Assembly: GCA_951406725.2 (NCBI GenBank)
Contig: OX597816.1
Location: 124,930,001 to 124,994,000, forward strand
DNA: 64,000 bases
Reading direction: 5' to 3'
DNA from: Octopus vulgaris
Taxonomy: Eukaryota
Part shown: piece by piece, positions 1 to 13,184 of the stretch
Layout: each line of letters begins with the position of its first letter
Position numbering within the stretch: the stretch's first letter is position 1
Program-made: the position numbers and the translations under genes
Notes under the pieces: generated by a model
The model's database searches: none
Told to the model about the DNA's origin: nothing
The model's input: only the letters and a program-made list of their open reading frames with translations

Positions 1-272
1 TTTTTATGGCGTGGTTTCACTTCACTACCGAGCGCAGCTCTGTGTGCCTTGGGTATGTGCTGTGATTTGTTGTGATGCTCTGATGGTTATTGTATGGAAA
101 GTGTTCTGCGTAGGATGTGTGCAGTTCCTAGTAGAGCAATTTTCTGTATGTTATATGCGTTTGTAAGTCCTGGTGTTTTTGTTATGTATTTGTCTGAATA
201 TTTTTTTATCATGTTTAATGCACCTACTAAGATAGGAATTGTTTCTGTTTTTAGATTCCACATTCTGGTTTC
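1..272 (-). mobile_element. R4/Dong-type non-LTR retrotransposon, family A, short 5'-truncated 3' end
   Basis: ORF 87-275 (RMWNLKTETIPILVGALNMIKK...IQKIALLGTAHILRRTLSIQ) and 3' UTR nearly identical to the copy ending at 42628-42920. Confidence 0.9.
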
Positions 273-519
273 CACAGAAACACTACTATAACCCTGCGGA
301 ACAACTGAAAATTAACTCTCAAAGACTCGAATATCTACAATTTCCTGTGAGTATTTGAAGTTTGCCTCAAAATAATTTAAGAAACTTACATTTCTACAGT
401 TTTCTAACACACAAGCGATCATCTTTAAAAACTTAAATGTCTACAACTTCTATGAATACCTATCTTTTCCTTTCTGTGGAAAGACAATAAAATAATAATA
501 ATAATAATAATAATAATAC

Positions 520-1085
520 TAATAGCCCAGAAGAAATATGAGACGCCACGACAATATAGCCAGGCTTGTCTATTGGACATTGCAACAAGTATGGACTTGA
601 CAAAGCAAAAAATTGGTACAACCACAAACCCGAAGGCATCATCGAAAATAAAAAGGCAAAGATCCTACCGGATTTTTGATTCAGTGCGACCATAAGATAT
701 AGAATAGGAAGCCACACGTAGTCTTAATTGAGAAAGAAAACAAACTATGCTGGATCATAGATATAGAATACCCAGCTGACAACAAGGTATACGATAAGGA
801 AGAAAGAAAAGTCGAGAGATATGACAGCATGGGAAGTTTAGCAGCTGTGGTCGATTAAAAAGGTAGCACTAGTACCAATAATTGTCGGAGCACTGGGAAG
901 AGTAGCCAAAAATCTCGAGAAGTACGTGGAATAAACAGTGGCTGCACTTGCAGGAAACAGCACTGCTTGGAATCGTTCAAATACTCCGGAAGGGGCTCGA
1001 AAAGTAAGAGGTGTTACCTTAGTTCACTGGTAGTGAACAGCTGACACCGTAGTACATCTCCAGCGTTAGAAGCTGTGCAAAGGCA
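520..1085 (+). mobile_element. R4/Dong-type non-LTR fragment, family B (RLE domain + 3' UTR), degenerate
   Basis: Manual translation across frameshifts gives RHDNIARLVYW, WYNHKPEGIIENKKAKIL, KPHVVLIEKENKLCWIIDI.YP.D, VPIIVGALG, ETALLG; (AAT)n on both sides. Confidence 0.85.
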
Positions 1086-1113
1086 ATGGTAATAATAATA
1101 ATAATGATAATAA

Positions 1114-1164
<51 letters not shown>

Positions 1165-1209
1165 CAGTAGCAGTAGTTGTAGTAGTAGTAGTAGTAGTAG
1201 TTGAAGCAA

Positions 1210-1263
<54 letters not shown>

Positions 1264-1295
1264 CAGCAGTAGTAGTAGTAGTAGTAGTAGTAGTA
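1086..1295. repeat. compound (AAT)n/(GTA)n/(GCA)n microsatellite
   Basis: Directly visible. Confidence 0.95.
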
Positions 1296-2217
1296 CATAT
1301 GTATGGTTATATATAAGTCATTTGTTTATAATTTTTTCATCGTTATGAAACCCGGGAGGAACTCATGACTTTTACAAATTCGCTGAGAGAGGTGATGTTG
1401 ATGCAGTTAAGCTGATTCCTTTTAAGAAATGATGTGCAGGGAGGGAATCACAATTAACTGCATTTCTTGAATGAAGGATTTGTCAACTTGTTTTATTGGA
1501 TAGACTATGAAATAAGATATGGATGGAGCATCAGGGGATTCTGAAGCAGGGCTATACGCATATATCATTTGCAGCGTTCACTACGTTGATCGGATGTCGA
1601 CTAGAATCACAATGATTTAGCGTTGTTGCGACCTGGGAATATCAGGGTTCTTTTGACTCAAACTGCTTTTTCATTTCTTCCCCCGCTTTTATTCATGCAG
1701 TCTCCACAGCTGTAATAACTCTAGTGTCACAACAGCAAGTTTGTTTTATTACACTTGTGAAGAATTTGCGTTTTATTTCAGTTTGACCATTCATTTCACA
1801 CAATGCTAACATGTACATGACAAAATATTGTCGACTTACTTCTGTTCGTTAGTCCTTGTTCTGTCAGCATTCTCAACTTCAAAACTAGCTGACTTCTAGT
1901 TATAATCGTCTGGCACTCATTTCTACTGGAAGCATCATTCCATGCAATTTTTGTACCTCACACTATTCCTTAAGTATTTCGTAAGTCTAATTCTTTCATT
2001 AACTAAGTCTATAGCGACTTTCCAAAGTATCAATTCTGGAATCAAAACTTATCGGTCAAATCAGAATGTATTAAAACGAGCACTTTCTCAGATGTATCTG
2101 CATATTCCAGTCATTAACACAATTTATAAATCTGAGTGACAGCTAATCTTGGTGTTGCCTTTTATTTTGCCCCTTCTTATTTATGTTTGCTATAGAAACA
2201 CAAACAGGTTATGTTCT

Positions 2218-2445
2218 ACACCAGTTGCGATAGAGGACAAACACATGCATAACGACACATGCACTCACACTCGTATGCACAGACAGCCCCCCCCCCCCAT
2301 ACACACACATAAATGTATGTATAACGGGCTCATTTACGACCAAATTCATTCATAAAAATTTAGTCGGCCCGAGACCATAGTAGAAAACACTTGAGCAAGG
2401 TACTACGCAGTGGGTCTGAACCCGGAACAATATGGTTCCACACAA
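2218..2445 (-). mobile_element. degenerate tRNA-derived SINE, family 1 (head and middle)
   Basis: gtcggcccgag...acacttgagcaaggtactacgcagtgggtctgaacccggaac aligns to the copy at 14410-14788. Confidence 0.75.
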
Positions 2446-2923
2446 CGTCTTTGCAAACTTCGCCCAACGTCTTTGTTTACGCAAACACACAGAATATTCT
2501 AGTTGGTAAAAGTAAATTGAGTGGTGAAGACATGTTCTGACACATATATGACATTGACGAAACATTGTGATACGAACGTAAGCTCTGACCAAATTCACGA
2601 CCCTCAAAATATTCGCTAGATAACTTTTCTTTAACCATACAGAACGCTTTCATACATATAGATTCAAAACAACAGAAGGAGTTAGACATTCTTCATCCAA
2701 CTCCCAAAGCAGAGCAGAAAAATCTACTAAAAATAGCTGTACTTTTAACATCTTCGATATTTTTCCACAAATAGGTGACATTCTTCCTACACATATAAAG
2801 CAAAAGTCTTAATGAGCCCAACATCTTTGATCATTACCTTTAAATAGAAAGAAAGCACTTACAAGTAATAATTAATAAAAGGAATTGTATTTTCCTACAT
2901 CTGACGACTTTATATATACATTT

Positions 2924-2924
2924 G

Positions 2925-2956
<32 letters not shown>

Positions 2957-2993
2957 TGTATGTATGTATGTATGTATTATGTATTTATGTATA

Positions 2994-3088
<95 letters not shown>

Positions 3089-3158
3089 TTGTCTGTCTGT
3101 CTGTCTGTATGTCTGTATGTCTGTCTATCTGTTTATATATATATGTGTGTGTGTGTGT
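2924..3158. repeat. compound (TATG)n/(TCTG)n/(TCTA)n microsatellite
   Basis: Directly visible. Confidence 0.95.
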
Positions 3159-4379
3159 CATAAGAACGTTATTCTGAGAAACATGATGTATAATAGCTGA
3201 ATGTTTTTGGAACTAGAAATCTATTTACTTATTACCACTATTTAATGTAGCTAATTATAGCTTATAACGTAAAGCTAGTGGATTAATAAATATTTGAAAT
3301 TTTAGTTTAAAGAATGTTTAGCATACTTTGTTTACAGAATGGAAATCCCTTCTAAATTTTTTCAAAGACATTAAGTGTAATCTTATGGGGATGAATGGGC
3401 TGAATCAATTTTGAGACATGTCTAGCAAATGTAATATTTTCTCTCGTCCATACTACACGAAATTGTTCCAGACAGTACAGAGTTAAAATGAAACTGATCT
3501 TTTAAAAATATAGTTAATAACTGAAAACTTTAAACTGAGATAAGGATATAGGATTTCTGTTACATTAAAATGAGTAATGAATGTTTTGTGCAGAAGTGAT
3601 ATAAAATAAGTGATACAAATAAGTGGTAGAAACCAATGCGTAAATATGTATTTTGATTATTATAAGACGTGTTAGCCTGTTGTCTTTTCAAAAGATACAC
3701 ATAAAGATAGATAAGCCGAGGAAGGGATTTTTGTTAACCAGCACTTAAAATTTTATATCCTAAGTTCCCCTACACTTAGCTAATATACTAATATGATAGC
3801 CTTATTGCAAACCTTATCAATTTGTAGGTGCATATTATGGTGATATTTTCCGGAGATCACTACACCTATAATGGATTTATTTTCGTGTGAACACGTTCTA
3901 AATAACTTTCAATAAAATTTTACGTTTTGTCGCTGACAGTTGTCTTCTTTGCATTTATCATAATACAAGATTTAAATATTTCCCCTTCACTGAATATGTC
4001 AATGGTTTTCTTCACACGCACAGGAAACAGCACCTTGATACTTTGTATATACATATATATCATATATACATAAATATATTGTTATCAATTGTATATTATA
4101 TACATTTTGCTATGAAAAAAATATTACAAAATATCGTTCAATAAGGAAAATTAAAAATATTAGGTTTCCACAAAAATACAAATGTCGAAGTTTCTAAGCT
4201 TTTGATACTTATCTTTGTAATATTTTATTAAAAAGTATTTCAACACAATACATTTCAATAATATTAGCACAATTTTCTGGTTTCTATAAATATAAAAATG
4301 GAAGAAATTGCGGATTATTATACGAAGTGTCTGTATATCATGAATTGTACATATTGAAATCGGAAGAGAACACAAAAAC

Positions 4380-5360
4380 AAAGCAAACGCTCTTGTTTAT
4401 GCGGAACGAAAATATATTAGCATAAATGATATTTATTATATCATATCCTCAATGAATATATTGTGAAAAAGGAATTGTTTAGTTTTAGTTTATAGTCGGG
4501 TATGATGCGTTATGTGTTTCGTTTTATGAAGTTTTGAAGATGAATTCTTCTTTTCCATAGTGATTATTCATTTATTTCATATAAATTCTGCTTGATTTTT
4601 GTATCTTTCAGTGTACTCTCTGATATATTTGTTGTACTCCGACATATAAGCTGGTATTGATCCCTGTACAAGCACATTTGAATATACATTGCTAATTGAT
4701 ATTTGTTTTATTTTGTGGATTTCATTTTTTTTTTCGTTAAATTGTTTGTGGATAAGAATTTAAATGACTTTGTCATTGATACCTGTGTCATAGTTGTCTG
4801 AGCATTCACTCTCTCTGTGTAGGTATTGGCATTTATATTATTTTTTGCTGTATAGCAGTGTAATTCGTCTGTCTTTTTCTATTTGTATGTTTACAGAGTC
4901 TGATTTGTATAATCGGGATGTTAAATATTTTCATAGGGAATTATTTTCTAAGTCATTTAAGAGTTTTTTTAACGTCATTTAATGTCCCCAGTTAGACTTG
5001 TATATCATCTATACATCTAATGCATATTACATATTTATATTTTGGTACTATTTTGTTGGCTATTGCGAACAGATAAATGCCACAAGCGTAAATCCTAAGC
5101 GGGAACCCGTTCTTACTCATTTAGATATATAAATTGCCAAGTGAACAGCTAAATGGAACCTCATTAGTACATAATTTGATTAGTTTATTTTTAATGACTT
5201 TGCTGATACAATCTGTTTTCTTTTGGGGGTGTGTCAGTCTTCTCAGAACCGCTGTAAAATACATAGATCACTTTAAACTATATTTCTCTAGTGTTTATTC
5301 TTTGGTAATGTCTATTTGTTTTGTTTGTCGATTGGCATTATTGTTTGGCAATCAGTGTTC
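4380..5360 (-). mobile_element. degraded Penelope-like element (RT + GIY-YIG remnant)
   Basis: Minus-strand translation: TGSRLGFTLV (cf. MGSPLxPxLA), IRCIDDI (cf. RYVDD), QYLHRES, IFKCAC...LYVG (GIY-YIG-like), in the PLE order RT then endonuclease; many stops and frameshifts. Confidence 0.6.
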
Positions 5361-5604
5361 TGGGTAACTGAATGTATTGCTTTAAGGTGTATTCATTTGG
5401 AATATTACTTGTCTGGGGTGGAGATGGTATTTTACTCTACCCTCTATGTCTGGTGAGGAGAATTCTCATTTAATGTAAATAAATGTAACTTTATTTTTAA
5501 ATGTCTGCCGTTATTCCTGAAGTTAGTGATTTTGTTTTGCCCCTGTGTAGTTATTGATTACTGCATTATGTTTTTGTCAATTCATTACACACACACGCAC
5601 ACAC

Positions 5605-5677
<73 letters not shown>

Positions 5678-5957
5678 GACCCGATGCAAATTGTCTCGCT
5701 TGAGTGTGATATCCTCAAATGATTTTTACACCAGGCACATAGAGAATACATTATCTTAAGCCTAAAAAGTGTAGCCGACCCACAATCTAACAACGCACAT
5801 ACCTTGTGTATATGTGTTCTATCTTGTTTATATACCTCGAGCTGTTTGTAATTCATATCTGAAAAAAGTGTATCCACATACCACATATATATGTATACGT
5901 ATATATATAGCTATACATATGTGCGTGAATGTGTGTGTTTGTATGAGTCCCAGTGTA

Positions 5958-6225
5958 AGTGAGGGGTCAAAACATAAAGGGAAAATGGATTAAAAGTCTA
6001 GGTGAATACTTTATAGGCGGTTCATAGGGGCGAAACTTAAATAACTAAATTCTCTAGTGAAAGGCATTGTAATACATGTAGAGTGTAAAGTTTCATTCTG
6101 CTGCTGACCTGAACAATTGAGTCCATAATTTAGTTGGCCATGTTTCACACCTACAGAGTTTTTATAAGGGTATTCACCTGGAATTTTAGTTCTTTTTCTC
6201 TTTATGGTTTGAGTCCATACTCACT
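5958..6225. repeat. foldback (inverted-repeat) element with diverged ~90-bp arms between microsatellites
   Basis: agtgaggggtcaaaacataaagggaaaatggattaaaagtctaggtgaatac... aligns to the reverse complement of 6130-6225 (agtgagtatggactcaaaccataaagagaaaaagaactaaaattccaggtgaatac...). Confidence 0.7.
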
Positions 6226-6327
6226 CTCGCACGCACATAAACACAAAGAGACACACGCTCACGCATACATACACTAATACACACATGCACACACACACAC
6301 ATATATATATATATTCATAGATAGATG

Positions 6328-6358
<31 letters not shown>

Positions 6359-6437
6359 ATGTGTGTGTGTGTGTGTGTAAAGCAAGAGATAAACGATACA
6401 CACACACATACATATACATATGCATGCATATATGTAA

Positions 6438-6481
<44 letters not shown>

Positions 6482-6934
6482 TCGTAAATCCGGAGTTTAA
6501 ACACCAAAAACATTTAGTATAAGGGCACAGAGTATAGTAGAAGGACGCAAAAACTGGAGATTTATACATTATTTAATCAGTGTACGATAGTTTCTTATAG
6601 TTTGGGCAAATTACAAAAATCTGCTGCGCACTAATCATTCACATTAATTGATCCCATTTTATTGATACCATTAATTGATCTCATAGTAATTAGCAACAAC
6701 AAGGTAATATACTTACTATTATACAGGCGGATGTTCACCTGATTATAATACTAGATTTTATAATCATGTTTCTTCGTTCAAATATTAGAAAAAGAAAACT
6801 AAGCTTCACTTCTTTAACTAAATTTCTCTAGTGCCTCAATAAGAGGAGGTTAAAGCAAGCTAGCAGCAAAACCGGACCTAAAACAGAGGCGAAAGCTACG
6901 GGCAGTGCACACAGGAAAATGACAAACGATAACA

Positions 6935-7360
6935 AATACTTATGCAGAGACAAAACAAATTGTCGCAATGTAAAATATGAATGCACTATGAACACTAGCA
7001 GGAGCGCATCTGTAGATATTTTGAAAAAGCTATAAAGAAACAACATCGTCAACTTCAAGAAAGTAAACAGGAGATACTTAACATCACTGTCGGATTTCGT
7101 CTGGAAAACAAAAGACGAGAAGATTAAATATGACATGACTTTGTCAATAATAAGGCTTGAGAGTACCGAGGAATCGTTACATATATTGTTGACCAATGAT
7201 AGGATTATTAATAGATTTTCAGAACAGTTCATAAAAGGTGTACACGAAAACAAACGCACATTTGCGCAATACTTATGCAGAGACAAAACAAATTGTCATC
7301 TGCAGAGCCTCTGATGAGTACATAATTATTACACATCATTTACAGAAAACATAAGAGTTA
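6935..7360 (+). mobile_element. Penelope-like (Naiad-type) GIY-YIG C-terminal remnant with a 30-bp direct repeat and a decayed hammerhead-like motif
   Basis: Frame from ~6964: RNVKYEC...KKL*RNNIVNFKKVNRRYLTSLSDFVWKTKDEKIKYDMTLSII, resembling FKxRYxNHxxSF...TxLSxYIWxLKD; CTGATGAG at ~7311. Confidence 0.55.
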
Positions 7361-8146
7361 GATGACTTAAACTGTCCCCAAATGGAAGCATCCAGCGATA
7401 CTACTTTGCAACTTAACCAGATCAACCCGCTATACTGTCTAACGTGAAGATGAAAACAACTGCCTGTATATTGTGTGTGATTGTTTGTCTTTGAAAATTG
7501 ATTTTGGTGCGACGAAAAAAGAACTGGATACATCCCCACCACGGTATATGATATGTTCTATACGTTATATGTTACAGAGTTGAGATATTTGTATCCCACT
7601 AACTCATATAGACAGACAATACAATCCTAGACTGTATATTCAAGTAGTACGTACCAACTATCTATAGCATCGAGATTATTGTCGAATGTTATATGTACAT
7701 TTGTAAACTGTTTATCCATGTAGTTCGTACTAAATATCTATATAATTCCAACATATACAATATGTATTGTGATTATTGTCGGATTATATATGTAACCATG
7801 GGAATTAGGCTAGGTGTCCGACTGCTACTAGACACACATGAACTCGATAGATGTACTGTCATATGTAAATACGAAAATATAGGTATGTTTATAAACATAT
7901 AACTATGTTTGTATGGGTATGTACGAGGAAGAGTAAATATTTAGATAAACATGATGAAGTTGGATTGCACACCTGGAATATATATGTTTGTATGTGGGAA
8001 CGTATGTATAAGAAATATATATGCACATAGGTAATGCATGTAACTATGTTTATGTGGATATGTAAATGCAAAGCAAGATTTGGACTCACACAACAGAAAA
8101 AATATTTGCCATTTCGCCTAGCATATATATATATATATATTTTTTT

Positions 8147-8363
8147 TACTTGTTTCAGTCATTTTGACTGCGGCCATGCTGGAGCACCGCCTTTCATCGA
8201 GCAACTCGACCCCGGGACTTATTCTTTGTAAGAATCCACTCACAAGGATTTGGTCGGCCCGAGGCTATAGTCGAAGACACTTGCCCAAGGTGCCATGCAG
8301 TGGGACTGAACCCGGAACCTTGTGGTTGGTAAACAAGGTACTTACCACACAGCCACTCCTGCG

Positions 8364-8365
<2 letters not shown>
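8147..8365 (-). mobile_element. tRNA-derived SINE family 1, internally deleted, inserted in (TA)n
   Basis: Head ggcgcaggagtggctgtgtggtaag (A box) ...ggttccgggttcagtccc (B box) and tail gactgaaacaagta; middle missing relative to 14410-14788. Confidence 0.9.
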
Positions 8366-8422
<57 letters not shown>

Positions 8423-8532
8423 CTTATACCAATTCCTCCATATAAATAGAGAGATAGACAGACAGACAGCCAAACAGACAGACATACAGATAGATAGATA
8501 GATAGACAGACAGATATATGTGTATACGTATG

Positions 8533-8567
<35 letters not shown>

Positions 8568-9632
8568 ATAATAATCAAATGTCTGGTCTCCTGTTTTGGT
8601 TTGCGTAGGTTCTATTGACAGGTGTTAGACTTACTGGGTTGCATACATATACATATATATATATATATACACATACATATATACAATTATATATATATAC
8701 ATATATATATTATATGTACATACACATATATGCATATATGCATACAGACAGGCATACATAGACTCACACATACATACATTGCTGGAGAAGTTATATGTAA
8801 AGCTGTATGCCTCTATGTTTTGTATCTATGCAAGTAGAAAGTAGACTTTGATATACCACTAAACTTCTTTTTTTTGAAAACACCATTGAGGATCATATTG
8901 AAAAATATTAATATTATGCGTTTATACTCTTTCTAATAACTCGTCATAGAATTATTAAAACTGTTTGAAGGTGAAAAGGAGCTGTCTGCTTTGCTATTTA
9001 CCTTAGTAATAATTATTTGAATAATTGCAGTTGCTATATTATGATGTTTAGTTTCTTGTGAATGGAAACGATAATGGATTTCAGTATTACTGCGTATTTT
9101 CCTTATGAGTGATAGAAGTGTGATGTTGACAACAAAAACGTTTGAGAATCTAAGCAATTGATAGTGTGAGTGGAATATTAATTTATTCGCTGTATTTGAA
9201 AGAAATATATTGAATGAAATATAGTGGCACTGTACTGTGCCAATGGCCAATCCATTTAACTCTCAAATTACATACTGCATCGATATGTTAATAGCTATAA
9301 GTAGACGTAAATATTTACATGGTATATCAATGTGTAATTCGAATTTCTTTTGCAATGGTGAATCGACTTTTACCTATAGTGTCGCGTCACGAATACAGAT
9401 TAACAACTTTCACCAAACGAATGTCTCTAGACATATTACATGAAAAAAGAATATTTCCTTTGAACTTGTACGTTCCAATTAATTCTAAAACGGATATTAG
9501 TATATTGAAATTTATATTAATCGTATAAACTATATTACTTTTGTCAGCAGCGAAGGTTATTGTTTAAAATGATCTACGTAGAGAAAGGGACACTCACAGG
9601 CGGCGATTACGCATAAAAAATCCCTTCTGCAA

Positions 9633-9676
9633 ATGTATGTATGTATTTATGTATGTATATACACATATATATATAT

Positions 9677-9728
<52 letters not shown>

Positions 9729-9735
9729 GTATATG

Positions 9736-9796
<61 letters not shown>

Positions 9797-9801
9797 ATGT
9801 G

Positions 9802-9856
<55 letters not shown>
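9633..9856. repeat. long (TA)n/(TATG)n microsatellite
   Basis: Directly visible. Confidence 0.95.
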
Positions 9857-9857
<1 letters not shown>

Positions 9858-9984
9858 AATAAACAATTATCATTTAGAAATATCTGAACGAGAGACATTC
9901 AGTAACAGTACTCTAGAGTAAAGATTATTTAGCCCCAGGGGATGGACTACCACCTTATGTTGGCAAATAGTATTTATTCTTTCT

Positions 9985-10033
<49 letters not shown>

Positions 10034-10503
10034 GTATATATATATATATATATATATATTTATTTATTAATTGGGAATATATAATCCAGGTGTTTACATT
10101 TGGAAGTACCATTACGGACAGCGGCTATCGAAAACTGGGAGGGGAAATCCGTTTATGCATATTAATTATTCAGCGTAAAGTGTGAAAAGTAAACATGGAT
10201 TTCGCAACAATATTTTTATTTCATAGTTCACAATTTTTTCTACAATTCCCTGTTGACGAATTGCAAGTCATGATTATAAACATGTTTGCAATTAATTTTC
10301 AAGTTTTCTCCATGCTTTTCTACGGTTTTCCGAAGAAATAATTTCCATTAATGCCCTGTGTCTTCATAGCTAGTATGATCATCACGCAAGATTATTCAAG
10401 AGGCCATCATAGAAACAATTGTAAGCTATGTAATAAAAATAATATCGCGAAATGCAATCGTCGGTACTTATTCTAAATATATATATATATTCTTTTATTC
10501 TAT

Positions 10504-10553
10504 TACTTGTTTCAGTCATTTGACCGCGGCCATCCTGGTGCACCACCTTGAAG
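10504..10553 (-). mobile_element. 3' tail fragment of SINE family 1
   Basis: tacttgtttcagtcatttgaccgcggccatcctggtgcaccacctt matches the family tail. Confidence 0.75.
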
Positions 10554-10599
10554 TGTGTTGTTTTTTTTTCAACAATTGCAGTGCTTTGCTGAAATCGAC

Positions 10600-11770
10600 A
10601 GCGTGCTTGGTTGTAGACTTTCTACTAAAGAGGGGTCGAAATGATTTTTAGGAGTCTCAAGTTCAATACAAAATGACCTAAGACAAGCGAGTGGAAATGT
10701 CAAGCCGACGAAAGTACAATGCATGGCAAAGAGTCGATCAGAATAAGATATGTATATGATAACAAAACATGTGAACGATTTCTTGGATTCTATGAAGTCA
10801 GAGATAATAAAAGTGCTACAAGACTGGCTGATGTGATCACAACTGCGTTGAACTCCTTCAGTGACGCTACAGATAAATTAGTGAGCCAGACTTACGGCAG
10901 AGCAGCTGTAATGGCAGGAATGCTAAACAGAGTACAGAGCAAGTTAAGAGATATAGGATTTAAACACGCGTACTTCATTCACTGCTATATGCATAAGCTT
11001 AACTTAGTCTTCAGTAAAAGTGCTGAGAAGGTCAGTGGAGTTTTCTCATTCACGTGCATTTAGTAAATTTACGTCTTCCTGTACCAAGCGGAAAACATTT
11101 ACAGGCAGTTTAATGTCAGTATCCCATCAGTGTGCGAAACAAGATTGTGCTATAGATGAAGAACAATGTCATCCATAAAAATATTACATGAAAAATTGAA
11201 AAATGGCTTCAGAAGTATTTTGGGATTTAGTGAAAAATGGGAAGAAGATACACTTTGTCAAAGAGACAATCTATTGGCAAATTTGAATGATTTCACATTC
11301 AGGTTTTTCATCAATTACTTTCATAACATACTTTCTCAGGCTGGCAAAGTCTTTAATATACTACAGTGTAAGCTACTCGAAATAAAGTATGGTCAGAGTA
11401 AACTAAATTACTTCATTCATTGTGTTAAAGGTTATTGTAAAGATAGACATTATGAAAATATTCTGTTCTGCGAAACGGCTGCTGTCACTGAACAGGCAGA
11501 TGAATCCGATCCTCCTCTTAGAAAAAGAGTCAGAGGTGAACAAATTAATTACAAAACTACCTATTTTGAAATAGTTGGCAGCATTCTAATGCCCTTACGA
11601 GAGAGATTTCCTGGCATACTGGAGTATGCATATTTGTAGTTACTAGACGTTAATAAGTTTGAAGAGTTTGCTAACACATTTCTCATGCAACATATGAACT
11701 CTCTAGAAAACAAGTATCTCTGTATTTTTTACTGTAAGAGCTTAGTGAACGAGATAATATATATATATAT

Positions 11771-11809
<39 letters not shown>

Positions 11810-12180
11810 GTGTGTGTGTGTGTGTGTGTGCGTGTGTGTGTGTGTGTATTGACAGTAATTTCAAAAAGGGCAAGTCAATCAGATCGTTTTTAGAATTACT
11901 GTATAAATTGGAGTTGAATTCCGCTATGCCGGATTCGCTTAAATTAATTAAGCTAGTGCTGACCGTCCCTTTAACATTAGTTGCTAATGAGAAAGTTTCT
12001 CAACGTTGGATAGAATCCGCTCATATCTGAGAAGCACAATGACTCCAAAACGGATGTCTTCATTCCCTCGTATTTCCATCGAGAAAAGCATTTTGAACGA
12101 CTTAGACAACAAGAAGGAGCTGCAGGAAAGGATATTACACGAGTTCGTCATGAAAGACGACTGGAGCTCATGTATCAATG
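10600..12180 (+). pseudogene. hAT-superfamily transposase pseudogene (ZMYM1-like/Tip100-like), interrupted by a (TA)/(TG) microsatellite at ~11755-11848
   Basis: ERFLGFYEV, SQTYGRAAVMAG (cf. QxYDGAxxMxG), FIHCYMHKLNLV (CxxH), and C-terminal dimerisation-like LTVPLT..NEK..RIRSYLRSTMTPKRMS...IEK; split over several ORFs; no TIRs found. Confidence 0.85.
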
Positions 12181-12457
12181 AGGTGAGTAATATTTATATT
12201 AAAACTATATTTCTGTTTTATTGTTAAATTATCAGTGCACATATAAGCCTCTGAGCAGGTATTACTATGACAACTTTCTCTGTCAAGTCAATGCGACAAT
12301 CACTCGCTATACACCTTCCTTCCAAGCACTGCTGTAAACAGCGGAAGTGAGCAAGAACGTTAAAAAACTTAGTACACATGCACAGGAGTATTCAAAGTCA
12401 ATTTTTGGCAAGAAGCGTCACTTTGCGGGCTTTAGCTTCGGAGACCTCGTCTTATAG

Positions 12458-12547
<90 letters not shown>

Positions 12548-12579
12548 ATGTATGTATATATATATATATATATATATAT

Positions 12580-13184
12580 TCCAGAGCTTTAAACTAATAC
12601 ATCTGTTTGTTGTTTACACACCCGTCTTCGTCTTTTGTTTTGTTTGTTTTTGTAAAATTCAACTATATATTGCACGCTCACGTGCTTGCACCAGTTTCAT
12701 CCTGTCTCTACCTCATACACTTTGGACTTCTTCCTGGATTTTCTACACTTCGGACTATTCTACCTGGAATTTCTACTCTCTTATACTTCGGACTCCTATT
12801 CTTCGGACCGCCTAGACTTCGGACTCCTGCACTTCGGACTCCCACCTGTTTTTTTTTTTTTTGCACTTCTCCTTCATACACATGCATTACACTGCAATCT
12901 GTCGTTGATGAGAAATCGCTCCAATACGCCACGACGTTTGAACCTGTTGAGCTTTCTGAATTTTTTGGTACTTTCTGCTTTTTCCTATTGTCGTTTTTTC
13001 TTACTCTGTTTTCTCTCAATCGGCACATCTTTCTGTTTATATGTGTGTTCCTTTCTGTTGAAGAGCGTAGGCTTGAAACGTAAGAGACTTTATCACTTCC
13101 CGAGTGTTAAACTAATGCATTTGTTTGCTGTTTACACACCCGTCTTCGTCTTTTGTTTTGTTTGTTTTTTTTGTAAATTTCAAC

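Noticed and set aside
1014-1316. Poly-Y/V/I/L and YIYI/CVCV ORFs here and throughout the ORF track
   Set aside because: Translations of microsatellites; no coding evidence
1400-1750. Possible APE endonuclease remnant (MIYAYSP) on the minus strand
   Set aside because: One short motif; too decayed to call
8933-9530. Cluster of 70-105 aa non-repetitive ORFs
   Set aside because: No recognisable domain or splice structure; lengths expected by chance
12718-12845. Spaced ACTTCGGACT repeats as a CRISPR-like array
   Set aside because: Repeats ~10 bp with mostly ~5-bp spacers, eukaryotic context, no cas genes; a minisatellite
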